Shown one piece after another: positions 1-9,741 of a DNA stretch of 64,000 bases. The notes below the pieces were generated by a model. The model was not told the origin of the DNA. It made no database searches and worked only from the letters and a program-made list of their open reading frames with translations. The stretch comes from an uncultured Chromatiales bacterium (GTDB lineage Bacteria; Pseudomonadota; Gammaproteobacteria; RBG-16-57-12): contig CAZKZP010000004.1 of the NCBI GenBank assembly GCA_964557295.1, forward strand, positions 68,667 to 132,666. Reading direction: 5' to 3'. The position numbers and the translations under genes are program-made. Position 1 is the first letter of the stretch; each line of letters opens with the position of its first letter.

Positions 1-497
1 GCGAGGAATTATGGGAGGTGGTGCACCGCTGTTATCTCGCCACCTTCGAAAAGAAATGGGGCATCGCGACCTTATCGCGCGAGTTTTTCGCCGAGCTCGG
101 CCAGACCATGGGCGAACAACTGCTGCTGATACTGGCGCGACGCGCTGGCCGATATATCGCCGCCGCGATCTGCTTTCGCAGCGACGATTGCCTCTACGGC
201 CGGCACTGGGGCAGCCTGGAGCCGGTCGACTGCCTACACTTCGAGTTGTGCTACTACCAAGGCATCGAATATTGCATCGAACACGGCCTGGCGCGCTTCG
301 AGCCCGGCGCGCAGGGCGAATACAAGATCAGCCGCGGCTTCGAACCCACGCCCACCCATTCCGCGCACTGGCTGCGCGATGCGCGCTTTCAGCACGCGAT
401 CGAATACTACTTGCGGGAAGAGACCGCGCATGTGCGGCAGGCGATGGCACAGCTGCGCGAGCATGTGCCGTTCAAAAAAGTGTTGATCGCGCGGTAG
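1..497 (+). CDS. C-terminal fragment (5'-truncated by the window edge) of a FemAB-like/DUF482 GNAT-fold acyltransferase, possibly the PEP-CTERM-locus FemAB-related protein
   Basis: The frame of ORF 18..497 stays open back to the window start. Tail motifs (YKISRGFEPTPTHSAHWL...IEYYLREE) resemble the FemAB/DUF482 acyltransferase family. It lies in a PEP-CTERM locus context next to an XrtA-type deacetylase. The overlapping Arg-rich ORF 11..631 is judged a GC shadow. Confidence 0.45.
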   Translation, partial: EELWEVVHRCYLATFEKKWGIATLSREFFAELGQTMGEQLLLILARRAGRYIAAAICFRSDDCLYGRHWGSLEPVDCLHFELCYYQGIEYCIEHGLARFEPGAQGEYKISRGFEPTPTHSAHWLRDARFQHAIEYYLREETAHVRQAMAQLREHVPFKKVLIAR

Positions 498-539
498 GAA
501 ACCGCCCACGGATCAATCGCAAGCTGAAGCTTCCGTTCC

Positions 540-625
540 AGACTCACGCCCCTTGCCTACCTCCATGTAGGCAAAGCTTGCTCCTACAAAACAGGTTGGA
601 GCCAGCTTTAGATGGCGATAGCACT
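540..625. repeat. REP-like interspersed repeat, family 2 copy A (motifs cctacctccatgtaggcaaagc / gccagctttagatggcgat)
   Basis: It shares motifs with copies at 21175-21262, 46298-46340 and 46800-46895 (core gtaggagccatctttagatggcgat and its reverse complement). Confidence 0.5.
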
Positions 626-637
626 GAGTGATCGGCC

Positions 638-1738
638 TCAGGTCACCTTATCGAGGCTGTACAGCAGATAGGCTTCGAGGAAGCCATCGACCACGGCCGG
701 ATCAAGCTCCTTGCCGCTCATGGCCTTCACTCGCTCAAGGGCCTGCTCCCGCGCCGCCTTCGGCAGATAGGCGCGCTGTGTCGCCAGGGCATCGAAGGTG
801 TCGGCCACGGCGATGATGCGCGCCAGGATGGGAATCTGATTGCCCTTGAGCCCGTCCGGGTACCCGCTGCCGTCATAGTGTTCGTGATGATGGCGGATCA
901 CCGGCATGCAGTCCTTCAACTGCTTTATGTTATTGAGGATCTGGCAACTCAATTCGACGTGGCGCTTGATGATCTCCGCGTGTTCTTTGTCGGTGAGTTC
1001 CGCGCGCTGAACCTGCTCGTCACTGATGCCGATCATGCCGACATCATGCAGCATCGCCGCCAGCTTGAGCGTACCCAGCAGCTTGGGCGGCATCCCCATC
1101 ACCCGGGCGATCCCGACGCTATAGCCGACCACGCGCCGCGCATGGCCCTTGGTCGCCTGATCGCGCAGATCCATGGCCTCTGCCAGCGACTGCACCGTCG
1201 AGTGAAACGCCGCGCGCAGGTCCTGATAAAGCCGCGCGTTTTCGATCGCCACCGCCACCTGATTGGCCAGCGCCGTCAGATAATCCTGATCCTCCTCGCC
1301 GAAGCCGCCGCCCTGCTTGTTGATCGCCTGCAACACCCCGATCAGCCGGTTCTTGATGCGCACCGGCACGCACAGGATATCGCGCGTGATGAAACCGCTC
1401 TTGCGATCGACACGCCCGGTAAAGCGCGGATCGTGGTTGACATCCGGCACGATCAGCGGCTCGTTGTGCTCCGCCACCCAGCCCGCGATGCCCTCGCCTT
1501 TTTTCAGGCGGATCTGCTTGACCTCTTCCCCTTTATCGCCCGTGGCGGTATCGAAATACAACTCGCCGGTCTGTTCATCGAGCAGCAGCAGGCTGGCCTG
1601 CTCCGACTGCACCAGCCGCATCGCCGCCTCGATGGTCCGCGCCTCGATTTCGCTCAAATCCAGCGAGGTGTTGACGATCGCCAGGGTTTCGATGAGGGTC
1701 TTTAGTTTGTCCGTCTCGCCGCGTGGTTCCCGTGTCAT
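638..1738 (-). CDS. GAF domain-containing HD-GYP c-di-GMP phosphodiesterase
   Basis: 366 aa. An N-terminal GAF-like region is followed by an HD motif ([11 protein letters not shown]) and a GYP motif ([14 protein letters not shown]). Confidence 0.85.
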   Translation of the reverse strand: MTREPRGETDKLKTLIETLAIVNTSLDLSEIEARTIEAAMRLVQSEQASLLLLDEQTGELYFDTATGDKGEEVKQIRLKKGEGIAGWVAEHNEPLIVPDVNHDPRFTGRVDRKSGFITRDILCVPVRIKNRLIGVLQAINKQGGGFGEEDQDYLTALANQVAVAIENARLYQDLRAAFHSTVQSLAEAMDLRDQATKGHARRVVGYSVGIARVMGMPPKLLGTLKLAAMLHDVGMIGISDEQVQRAELTDKEHAEIIKRHVELSCQILNNIKQLKDCMPVIRHHHEHYDGSGYPDGLKGNQIPILARIIAVADTFDALATQRAYLPKAAREQALERVKAMSGKELDPAVVDGFLEAYLLYSLDKVT

Positions 1739-1826
1739 CGCCGCACCGAATTATCATTAGATATCGAATATATCGGATGTGATGGCTGAATCTGTAAACA
1801 GCGCGTCGCGGCGAAAGCGCGCGGGA

Positions 1827-2981
1827 TCAACATTGCGGCAAATCGGCCAGCTTATCGATACCCACCGCGGTAATGTTCTCGGCCAGCGGGAAGGTTTCAG
1901 CTCCACCGTAAATGACAAAGACGTGGTCAACGCCAAGATCTTTTTGGGCGACGAGCATGGAGCGGGTTACGGCCGGTTTTTCGGTATATTTGATTTCAAA
2001 CCCGAGGCGCTTGCCGTTCTTGATGATCATAAGATCGAGTTCCGCCCGGCCGTAGACGGACCAGAAATAGGCCTCTCCTTCTCCCGCATCGTAGCGGCGG
2101 ATGATCTCCTCCAGTGCAAAGCCCTCCCAGGAAGCACCGAGCTTCGGGTTGAATTGCAGGGCCTCGTAGTCATTGATGCCCATCAAGGTGTGATAGAGCC
2201 CGGAGTCGCGGAAGTAGATCTTGGGCGATTTGACTTGGCGCTTGCCGATGTTTTCGAACCAGGGTGGGAGTTGCCGGATCATGTAAGTCGATGACAGCAG
2301 ATCAACATATTTTCTGATCGTCGTGTCGGCGACACCAAACGAGCGGCCCAACTCCGAGTAATTGAGCAGTTGTCCGTGATAGTGGGCGAGCATCATCCAG
2401 AAGCGGCGCAGGGTTGTCGGAGGAATCGTAATGCCCAAGGCGGGAATATCCCGCTCCAGATAGGTCGAAATATATGACTTGCGCCACTCGACGCTGACAG
2501 GTTCGTCATCCGCCAAAAAGGATCTGGGATAGCCGCCCCGCACCCACAGCCGCTGCCGCTGCTGGATGCCGGTTTCGTCAAGCGAAAAGGGCGTCAATTC
2601 GAGGTAACCAATGCGCCCGGCCAGCGATTCCGAGGACTGCCGGATGAGATCCCGGGAGGCGCTGCCGAGGATGAGAAACCTGGCAGGATTATTTTCACGA
2701 TCGACGAGCACACGCAGCGTTTCGAACAGACGGGGCGCGCGCTGAACCTCGTCGATGATCACGACCCCGCTCAAATCCTGAAGCGCCAGCTTCGGATTTT
2801 CCAGCCGGGCCAGGTGGGTGGGATCTTCCAGATCGAGAAAGGTGACGCGGGTATCGGCCAGTTGCTTGGCATACATTCGCGCCAATGTTGTCTTGCCGCA
2901 TTGCCTTGGTCCCAAAATGGCAGCGACGGGATGTGCGGCAAACACACGCTTAATCTTGGCAAGGTGATCAGGACGTTCCAT
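1827..2981 (-). CDS. AAA-family ATPase (DUF4143-containing ATP-binding protein)
   Basis: 384 aa with a Walker A motif (GPRQCGKTT) and Walker B (VVIIDEVQ). The architecture is typical of AAA_14/DUF4143 ATP-binding proteins. GC is lower than in the neighbouring genes. Confidence 0.8.
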   Translation of the reverse strand: MERPDHLAKIKRVFAAHPVAAILGPRQCGKTTLARMYAKQLADTRVTFLDLEDPTHLARLENPKLALQDLSGVVIIDEVQRAPRLFETLRVLVDRENNPARFLILGSASRDLIRQSSESLAGRIGYLELTPFSLDETGIQQRQRLWVRGGYPRSFLADDEPVSVEWRKSYISTYLERDIPALGITIPPTTLRRFWMMLAHYHGQLLNYSELGRSFGVADTTIRKYVDLLSSTYMIRQLPPWFENIGKRQVKSPKIYFRDSGLYHTLMGINDYEALQFNPKLGASWEGFALEEIIRRYDAGEGEAYFWSVYGRAELDLMIIKNGKRLGFEIKYTEKPAVTRSMLVAQKDLGVDHVFVIYGGAETFPLAENITAVGIDKLADLPQC

Positions 2982-3058
2982 GCTTCGAGCATATTGCGAA
3001 AATTCGGTTATATCAACCGGATTTTCACATATCAGGCGCCCCTATCCTCAACCACGGC

Positions 3059-4144
3059 CTATCTCGCCGCATGCCGGATTCGGCGCGCCAGTGATTTCAG
3101 ATCCTGAAACGTGATGGACTCGAGCTCACGATGCCGCGCCAGGAAGCGGTCCAGCTCGCGCAGCGAATACGGCGTGAGCGATTTGGGGTGGCCGATCACA
3201 TTGAAGATGCGCGGCGCGGCACCCGCGGGCAGTTGGCGGAATGCCCGTTCCAGCAAGGCGGCCTTGGCCCCGTCGATGGAGGCCACGCTCGAACTCGACA
3301 GCAGCAGCAGGCGCAGATAATAGCCGCCATCGGCCTGCATCGCCGCGCCGTCGCCGAAGGCCCGATGTGCCGCGCCGCCAAGTTTTTTCTGCACGATCAT
3401 CTTCCAGAAAAACGGCGGCATCACCGTTACAGCGCTGATCGGCACCTCGACGAACGTGCCGGCGTCATCTTCGACGAGCGGGTCCGTGGCAAAGCGCCAG
3501 GTGGACTTCTCCGGCATGCCGCTGAAGTCGAACCAACGCAGCGTATCCCGCGAGATGCCGTTTTGGTAGAGCGTGCTGTCCAGCCAGACGCCCGCCGCCT
3601 GCAAGGCCGGACCGATCCGCTCGAACGGCTGGATGCACCACCCGCCGGCGCGATAGGCAAAGACCGTATCGCCGACGTGCTCCATCAGCTCCGCCTTATA
3701 CGCAGTCACGATGCGGTTGATCTCCGCCTCGGAAAAATCCTGGAGACGATAACGCCGCGCATCGATACGCCACTTCTCGCCGTCGAACGCGCAGTCTTCC
3801 CAATGGGGATGGATGTGCAGCTGCACATCATGTCCCAGGGCTTTGAGGTCACTCAGCTGGCGGGATATCCGCGTGTACTCCCGGCCCAGTCCGGGATGGC
3901 GCGCCGCCTCGCGCTTCAAGCGCAACAGGAATCCCGCGTCGACGAACAAGGTCAGCCTCACCCCGTAGCGGTCGAGCACCGCCAGCAGCGCATCGATCGG
4001 ACGGATCAGGCAATGCTCCACCGAGCCGGTCTTCTCACCAAAAAACAGCTCGTAATCCAGCCCAAGAATCAACTTCACACTCATCAGAATTCCATCGGAA
4101 AAATCACCAGGGCAGATACTCTCACAGCCCCCGCACCCAGACAA
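3059..4144 (-). CDS. polysaccharide deacetylase-like protein (XrtA/PEP-CTERM-associated subfamily); alternative start at 4084 (MSVKL)
   Basis: 361 aa (341 aa from the internal ATG). The N-terminal LILGLDYELFFG motif and His-rich HIHPHWED resemble the PEP-CTERM-locus deacetylase family. Confidence 0.6.
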   Translation of the reverse strand: MSGCGGCESICPGDFSDGILMSVKLILGLDYELFFGEKTGSVEHCLIRPIDALLAVLDRYGVRLTLFVDAGFLLRLKREAARHPGLGREYTRISRQLSDLKALGHDVQLHIHPHWEDCAFDGEKWRIDARRYRLQDFSEAEINRIVTAYKAELMEHVGDTVFAYRAGGWCIQPFERIGPALQAAGVWLDSTLYQNGISRDTLRWFDFSGMPEKSTWRFATDPLVEDDAGTFVEVPISAVTVMPPFFWKMIVQKKLGGAAHRAFGDGAAMQADGGYYLRLLLLSSSSVASIDGAKAALLERAFRQLPAGAAPRIFNVIGHPKSLTPYSLRELDRFLARHRELESITFQDLKSLARRIRHAAR

Positions 4145-4364
4145 TCACCTCGGCCGATGCGCTGCCACAACACGTCGCCCGCCATCAAAGGCGCCGCTGG
4201 CCCGTGTGACGCCACCCACCGACAGCCTGTGATAAGACTCACAAAGCAAGAGGTTCACCCTGTTTTTCGTATAGCACCGAGGCGAAATGTGACTTGTGTC
4301 GCGCAAATTTGTACCGCGACCCACTATGGTAAGCAGCGCAATCCACTAGAGAGACACCCATATC

Positions 4365-6665
4365 ATGCTCAAGAAAATACCCATACTCATTTTCAGCGCA
4401 ACTCTGTGCGCTTGTGGTGGAGGATCGACAGGAAGTGAAAAAAATTCCGGACAGAATAGCCCCCAAGACAATGAGGAAATCGTCGCAGCCATGCAAGGCA
4501 GCGTCGGCGACGGCCCGATCCAGAACGCCGTCATCGCCATCCGCGACAAGAACGGCGCAGTGGTGCAAGCCCTCATGGGCAGCGGCACGGCCAGCTATGA
4601 AACCACGATCAACGTCAAACGAAGGCTCTATCCCCTGACGATCGAAGTCTCCGGCGGCACCGATCTCGTCACCGATACCGCCCCCGACTTCACCTTGTAT
4701 TCAGTCGCGCTCAAGCCGAGTGCATCGAGCACCTTCAACGTCAATCCGTTCACCACCTTCATCACCCGCATCGCGCAGAACATGCCGGGCGGCATTAACA
4801 CCACCAACGTACAAACCGCCACAGATACCGTATTGGCGAATCTGCACGCGGGACTGGATACCACGCTCATCTCCGACACCATTGGTCAAACTGTCGACGC
4901 CAACACGATCGCGGTGATGGTCAAGGCGAGCGAGTCCGTGGGCGAAATCGTGCGCAGAACGCGCGATGGCATTCGGGCAAAAGGCCTGGACGTCACGGGC
5001 GATGACATCGTCGATGCGCTCTCGGCCGACCTCGTCGATGGCAAGATCGATGGCCGCGGCGCTACCGGTGCCGACAACCGCATCGCCGCCGTCGCCAACC
5101 TGGTCACCGGCCAGGTTCTGCTCGAAGTGGTGCGCAACCGCCTGAACGTCAACGGCGCCGAAGCGACCGTGCGCATGGACAACGCCATTATGGCCACACA
5201 TCCCGGCAGCACTAAACTGACCGGCTCGGTGGCCATTACCGGCGAAATCATTGATCAGTCCAAACGTATCGTCGATGTCGTCAACACCATTACCCCGAGC
5301 ACTACATTGGTCGAGATCTCGAAACAGCTTGCCACACTTGCGCCCAATAGTTCCGCCAGTGACGCAGACCGGACTCTGCCAGACGCTGCCAGCGGCGCGC
5401 TCGACGGCGCCATTCAATATGCCCTGCAAGCCGATGCTACCGATCTGAAGGCGATCAATGATGTCGTGCCAGGGCCGCTCCCGACGCAAACGCCTGCGCC
5501 GACCGCAACACCCACTCCGACCCCGAGGGCCACACCAACGCCTGCGCCGAGCGCGGCACCCACGCCGACACCTGCGCCGATCATCGTGCCGGGACCTGGT
5601 CCGACTCTGACGCCCAAGCCGACAGCGACGCCCTCACCGACACCCAAGCCAACGGCGACACCCTCACCCACGCCCAAGCCGACAGCGACGCCCTCACCCA
5701 CGCCCAAGCCAACGGCGACGCCCTCACCGACGCCCAAGCCAACGGCGACGCCCACGCCTGCACCAGGCCCCACTCAAACGCCGAAGCCATCACCTACGCC
5801 CACTCCGGCGCCTCAGGCGGTAGCCCCGGTGCTCAATTCCGCAACCGTTAAAGGAACGGATATTGTACTGGCCTGGTCCCAGGGCAACCCGACACCCGAT
5901 GGTGGCTATGATCTCTTCATCGACAATACCGACACCGGCAGCAAATATCGCACGACCGCCCTATCGCTCACCCTGAGCGGCTTGGATGTATCGGTAGCGC
6001 ATTGCTTCAAGGTCGAGTCCCGGTATGTCGCGCTGAACCAATTCCTGCCCTCGAACGAGCGCTGCACCACACCGGTGGTCACTCCGCAGAATGCAGCGCC
6101 CACCCTCAGCGGCACCCCCGCTGGCAGTGTCGCGGCGGGATCATACTACCTGTTCACGCCGAAGGCATCCGACGCCAATGGCGACACCCTCACCTTCAGC
6201 GTCAGCAACAAGCCTGCTTGGGCCATGTTCGACACCGCCACCGGCAAATTGTCCGGCATCCCGAATGCAGCCAATGCCGGCACCGCCAGCAACATCGTGA
6301 TCACCGCCTCAGATGGCAAGGCCAGCACATCGCTTCCCGCCTTCGCCATCACGGTGACCACTTCAAGCACCGGCGGTGGCAGTGGCAGCGGCAGCGGCAG
6401 CGGCAGCGCCACACTGTCATGGAGCACTCCTACCACCAAGGAAGATGGCAGCCCGATGCCCATGTACGAAATCGCCGGTTATCGCGTCTATCGCGGGACG
6501 GCTCCGGACAAGATGACCGTCATATCAGACATCAAAAACAACACCACGACATCGTATACCGCCACAGCGCTCACGAGCGGGACTCATTACTTTGCCGTAA
6601 CCACATATGACGTCAACAACATCGAAAGCTCACTCTCAAGCGTCATGAGCAAGACGATTCCGTAG
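4365..6665 (+). CDS. modular surface lipoprotein with Pro/Thr-rich tandem-repeat linker, two FN3-like domains, a putative Ig (cadherin-like) domain and a (GS)n linker
   Basis: 766 aa. The N-terminal [21 protein letters not shown] shows a lipobox. A PT-rich region [10 protein letters not shown] is repeated about five times. A putative Ig-like stretch is TLSGTPAGS...[33 protein letters not shown] is followed by an FN3-like C-terminal domain ([10 protein letters not shown]...YRVYRGT...[10 protein letters not shown]). A strong terminator lies immediately downstream. Confidence 0.8.
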   Translation: MLKKIPILIFSATLCACGGGSTGSEKNSGQNSPQDNEEIVAAMQGSVGDGPIQNAVIAIRDKNGAVVQALMGSGTASYETTINVKRRLYPLTIEVSGGTDLVTDTAPDFTLYSVALKPSASSTFNVNPFTTFITRIAQNMPGGINTTNVQTATDTVLANLHAGLDTTLISDTIGQTVDANTIAVMVKASESVGEIVRRTRDGIRAKGLDVTGDDIVDALSADLVDGKIDGRGATGADNRIAAVANLVTGQVLLEVVRNRLNVNGAEATVRMDNAIMATHPGSTKLTGSVAITGEIIDQSKRIVDVVNTITPSTTLVEISKQLATLAPNSSASDADRTLPDAASGALDGAIQYALQADATDLKAINDVVPGPLPTQTPAPTATPTPTPRATPTPAPSAAPTPTPAPIIVPGPGPTLTPKPTATPSPTPKPTATPSPTPKPTATPSPTPKPTATPSPTPKPTATPTPAPGPTQTPKPSPTPTPAPQAVAPVLNSATVKGTDIVLAWSQGNPTPDGGYDLFIDNTDTGSKYRTTALSLTLSGLDVSVAHCFKVESRYVALNQFLPSNERCTTPVVTPQNAAPTLSGTPAGSVAAGSYYLFTPKASDANGDTLTFSVSNKPAWAMFDTATGKLSGIPNAANAGTASNIVITASDGKASTSLPAFAITVTTSSTGGGSGSGSGSGSATLSWSTPTTKEDGSPMPMYEIAGYRVYRGTAPDKMTVISDIKNNTTTSYTATALTSGTHYFAVTTYDVNNIESSLSSVMSKTIP
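5610..5758 (+). repeat. in-frame 30-bp tandem repeat (about 4.8 copies) encoding ([10 protein letters not shown])n
   Basis: The unit acgcccaagccRacRgcgacRccctcaccS repeats head-to-tail. The antisense ORF 5414..5773 ([10 protein letters not shown] repeats) is its shadow. Confidence 0.85.
6372..6407 (+). repeat. hexanucleotide microsatellite (ggcagY)n encoding the (GS)n linker
   Basis: The sequence is ggcggtggcagtggcagcggcagcggcagcggcagc, in frame inside CDS 4365..6665. Confidence 0.8.
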
Positions 6666-6685
6666 AGCCTCCCTCCTTCGGCTCG

Positions 6686-6720
6686 AGAGCAGACAATGCA
6701 TAATTGTCTGCTCTTTTTTT
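6686..6720 (+). terminator. Rho-independent terminator
   Basis: A perfect 12-bp stem (agagcagacaat / attgtctgctct) with a 5-nt loop is followed by a T7 run, starting 21 nt after the stop of CDS 4365..6665. Confidence 0.8.
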
Positions 6721-6934
6721 ATTTATCCCATGCCGCATTTCCCGAGGCTGCCCTGAGCGGCAAAGCACTCGATCCAAGAAACATTTGCCCCCTCCAGCGA
6801 CACTCCCTCGCACGCAGGCAGGCTTGGGATGACGGCATCATGGACACCCCGGAGGTAGTGCAGCGCATCGTGCTGTTACCGAGGAAATCAATAATGGGCA
6901 CTTCTAATAATTCGTCGCACCGGCGAAGGCCGGT

Positions 6935-6985
6935 GTCCAGATCTTTTAAAACACTGGATTCCGGCATTCGCCGGAATGACAAAAT
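6935..6985. repeat. interspersed repeat family 3 copy (gtccagatcttttaaaacactggattccggcattcgccggaatgac)
   Basis: The GTCCAGATYTTTYAAAMC..CTGGATYC core is shared with 11611-11650. It contains the hairpin ttccggc-att-cgccggaa. Confidence 0.5.
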
Positions 6986-7372
6986 TTGAATTTTTAGAGG
7001 TGCCCTAATGCATTAGCGCTTGATTATATCCCGCTCATCCTGGCCTTATCGCCTCGAATCCCGGAGTCCCATCTATGCACCCACTCACCCAAACTACGGT
7101 TTTTTTTGTATCCATGGACGCCATGTTTTTCTATAATCGGGCTTCCCCCTGTTTTATAGAAAACGCTTTCCGTCACTGAATCATGGAAGGCACAAACCGC
7201 TCATCGCGCGGCTGCCGTTTTGTTGTGTGATACAACTCACAACTCATTGATGCTGAATACCATTTTTGCGGAAGAGTTAACACTATTGCATCTAACCTTT
7301 CCTACCGCCGGTCGATACAATTACACAACTTGTCGTACAAATGCGCTTTTGCAGTTGCAGAGGAAGTGAAAA

Positions 7373-7840
7373 ATGAGATCGAGCATCGCAAGCAACATTT
7401 TGAAACTCGTGGCACTGGGAAGCATCACCTTGGCCCTCACTGCCTGCCAGGGTGGACCCTCGGCGAGCAACGAAACCACACCGAATAACACTAACAATGT
7501 GGGCGGCACCGGCAACACTGGTGGTTCTGGATCCGGTTCAGGATCAGGCTCGGGATTGAACATCAGCAAGTCATCGGCGACGCTCAGCTGGTCAGCCCCG
7601 CTGACGGATGAAACTGGCGCCCCCATCAACCTTTATCAACTCGGTGGCTACAAGGTATACCTGGGCAGCAGCGCCGACACCATGACCCCGGTCGTGGATC
7701 TCGCAGACCCTGCCACCACGGAATACACCCTGACCGGCCTGAGCAACGGCACTTATTACATGGCAGTGACCGCCTACGACAACGACCTGATAGAAAGCGC
7801 GCTTTCCACAGTTGTTGAAATCAACGTCAACCATTCTTGA
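7373..7840 (+). CDS. small lipoprotein consisting of lipobox signal peptide, Asn/Thr/(GS)n linker and a single FN3-like domain
   Basis: 155 aa. The signal peptide MRSSIASNILKLVALGSITLALTACQGG carries a lipobox. [11 protein letters not shown] is followed by an FN3-like domain (SATLSWSAPLTDE...YKVYLGS...TYYMAVTAYD) homologous to the C-terminal domain of CDS 4365..6665. Confidence 0.75.
   Translation: MRSSIASNILKLVALGSITLALTACQGGPSASNETTPNNTNNVGGTGNTGGSGSGSGSGSGLNISKSSATLSWSAPLTDETGAPINLYQLGGYKVYLGSSADTMTPVVDLADPATTEYTLTGLSNGTYYMAVTAYDNDLIESALSTVVEINVNHS
7523..7555 (+). repeat. microsatellite encoding the (GS)n linker
   Basis: The sequence is ggttctggatccggttcaggatcaggctcggga, in frame in CDS 7373..7840. 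Confidence 0.7.
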
Positions 7841-7924
7841 TAAACATATTTCCAGGGCGATGCGCGGACTATACTTCTAGCGAATGGTCCCATATCGCCC
7901 AGCCCCCCACAGGAGATCAAAGAG

Positions 7925-9622
7925 ATGAATAAACTTACCAGCGCAACCTGGCTTCTGGGCCTGACCATGCTCGGTTCAAGCGCCGCCCATGCGTATACCC
8001 CACCCATCGGCATTCCAGCACCTTCCTTCGGCATCGATGAAACCGCCCCGGCACAGCCTGCGGCCTGGCCCAGCGGCGAAGCTGCCGGATTCTACTATGT
8101 CGACAAATCCCACCCATCAGCCACTGACACTGGCAACTCGTACGGCTATCCCAACAAGCCTCGACTGACTATTCCGAGAACCACATTTGGCCCAGGCGCT
8201 TACATTGAACTGCACGGGGGAGAATATAGTGGAAGCCTAGGCATGCTCACCTTCGATTGCCGCAAGGAAAACCCTTGCTGGCTGAGAGGTGCCAGCGCAA
8301 GTGTAATGCCGACAATTTCCGGGAACTTTACGCTGGATGCCACTTACCTGATTGTAGAGAATCTCGATTTCAATGGAGGCACAGGCGGCAGTATCGATAT
8401 AGTCAGCGATTCGACTTATGTGTCTGTGCGGCACTCAAAATTCCGCAACAGGGCTTTTGTAAGCAACACCGCCGCAATTGGCATCACACCAGCGCTTGGA
8501 AAAAAATCTCACGACATCGTAGCCTATAAAAATGAGTTCAGCGCGCTTGGTGACTATACGGCAACAGTGGATCTCGATTTTCATGCGATCAACCCGACCC
8601 TCTGGGGGCGTGACAGCACTACTGAGTTATTCAATGTGTGGGCACTTGAAAACCATTGTTACCGCCTAAGCGGCGATTGTGTTCAAGTGAATGCTGGTAA
8701 TTGGACCGACTCTTATAAATATCTGCATCATGTCTATATAGGAAAAAATGTAGGCCATGAAGGACGTCAGGGTCCATTTGGCGTCAAACAATCAAGTGAT
8801 GTAATAATTTCTCAAAACACAGCCTATGGATCGCGCCAACACGGCCCACAAGCAGGCAATGGGATTGGGTTTCAATACGGCCCCAATAATTTATGGATTA
8901 TCTTCAACGATATATCCGATTCTAACTATGGCATTCGGCAAACGGATACCTCCACCCCCTTCCCAAACAACAAGATCTATATTGTCGGAAACGTAATTCA
9001 TAACATTCATCCTGAAGCTAGCATCACCTACAACCCCAACGATGCCTGGAGACCTGGGGTCGCCATATCCTTGTGGCATGGCAACCTGCAACGCTTCATC
9101 GTGGACAACACCATTTATGATGTTCATGGCGGCATTACAGCCATCTATGATGGCCCATTGACCATTTCAAACAACATTATTTCTAATATTCACGATCAGG
9201 ACTATCACTTATACATTGCCCATCCAGCTCGACCAAATCCAACTGCAGATGCCTCTATCGACAGCGGCCTGTTCTACGACCCCGAGCTCGGCAACGCCAA
9301 AATTCGCTGGGAAGGTGGAAATGGTGATTTGCATAACACCCTGACGTCCTTTAAAGCTGCGTATGGGTTATGCGCTGACTGTTCAGTAGGCAATCCCGAC
9401 TTTCTAGATCCAGCGAATGGAAAGTTTGATCTGCAAAAAACATCCGCGGCTATTAATAAAGGCAAAGATCAATCAGTCTACGACACATTTTTCAGTCTAT
9501 ATGGCATAAACATCGAAAAGGACTTCCACGGCCAATCTCGCAAGATTGGATTAAAACAGGACTTCGGTGCATTTGAGGTAGGCCTAGCGCCTACTGCACC
9601 AAGTAATTTTACAGTAAAATAA
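7925..9622 (+). CDS. secreted right-handed parallel beta-helix protein (pectate-lyase-fold polysaccharide lyase/hydrolase candidate), paralog 1
   Basis: 565 aa with a Sec signal peptide MNKLTSATWLLGLTMLGSSAAHA. It contains multiple PbH1-like repeats (NLDFNGGTGGSIDI, IISQNTAYG, GNGIGFQYGPNNLWIIFN, IVGNVIHNIH, IVDNTIYDVHGGI, ISNNIISNIHD). It ends with an FN3-like first strand, APTAPSNFTVK. GC is lower than in the locus core. Confidence 0.8.
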   Translation: MNKLTSATWLLGLTMLGSSAAHAYTPPIGIPAPSFGIDETAPAQPAAWPSGEAAGFYYVDKSHPSATDTGNSYGYPNKPRLTIPRTTFGPGAYIELHGGEYSGSLGMLTFDCRKENPCWLRGASASVMPTISGNFTLDATYLIVENLDFNGGTGGSIDIVSDSTYVSVRHSKFRNRAFVSNTAAIGITPALGKKSHDIVAYKNEFSALGDYTATVDLDFHAINPTLWGRDSTTELFNVWALENHCYRLSGDCVQVNAGNWTDSYKYLHHVYIGKNVGHEGRQGPFGVKQSSDVIISQNTAYGSRQHGPQAGNGIGFQYGPNNLWIIFNDISDSNYGIRQTDTSTPFPNNKIYIVGNVIHNIHPEASITYNPNDAWRPGVAISLWHGNLQRFIVDNTIYDVHGGITAIYDGPLTISNNIISNIHDQDYHLYIAHPARPNPTADASIDSGLFYDPELGNAKIRWEGGNGDLHNTLTSFKAAYGLCADCSVGNPDFLDPANGKFDLQKTSAAINKGKDQSVYDTFFSLYGINIEKDFHGQSRKIGLKQDFGAFEVGLAPTAPSNFTVK

Positions 9623-9741
9623 TCTCCGCGTTGGGCAAGGATGCCCTTGCCCAGATCGTCTGCCCCGCGCGCACCCCACACACCAGATACCAGCTCTAAC
9701 TTTCAGAGTATGATTCCCAGTCCCAGCAGAAGATTTCAACA

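Noticed and set aside
11-631. 206-aa Arg/Ala-rich ORF overlapping the first gene
   Set aside because: Its composition is typical of an out-of-frame GC shadow. The alternative frame (18..497) has recognisable acyltransferase-like motifs.
3131-4438. 435-aa plus-strand ORF antisense to the deacetylase gene
   Set aside because: It is Arg/Gln/His-rich and low-complexity, with no motifs. It lies opposite a well-supported CDS.
5414-5773. Minus-strand ORF encoding ([10 protein letters not shown])n
   Set aside because: It is the antisense shadow of the in-frame PT-rich tandem repeat of CDS 4365..6665.
6990-7372. AT-rich 380-bp region upstream of the small lipoprotein gene, checked for tRNA or small ORFs
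   Set aside because: No tRNA-like cloverleaf signatures or convincing ORF were found. It is most likely a promoter or regulatory region of horizontally acquired DNA.
5610-7556. Possible CRISPR-like array suggested by regular short repeats
   Set aside because: The repeats are contiguous and in-frame within CDSs (PT linker and GS linker). There are no unique spacers and no cas genes.
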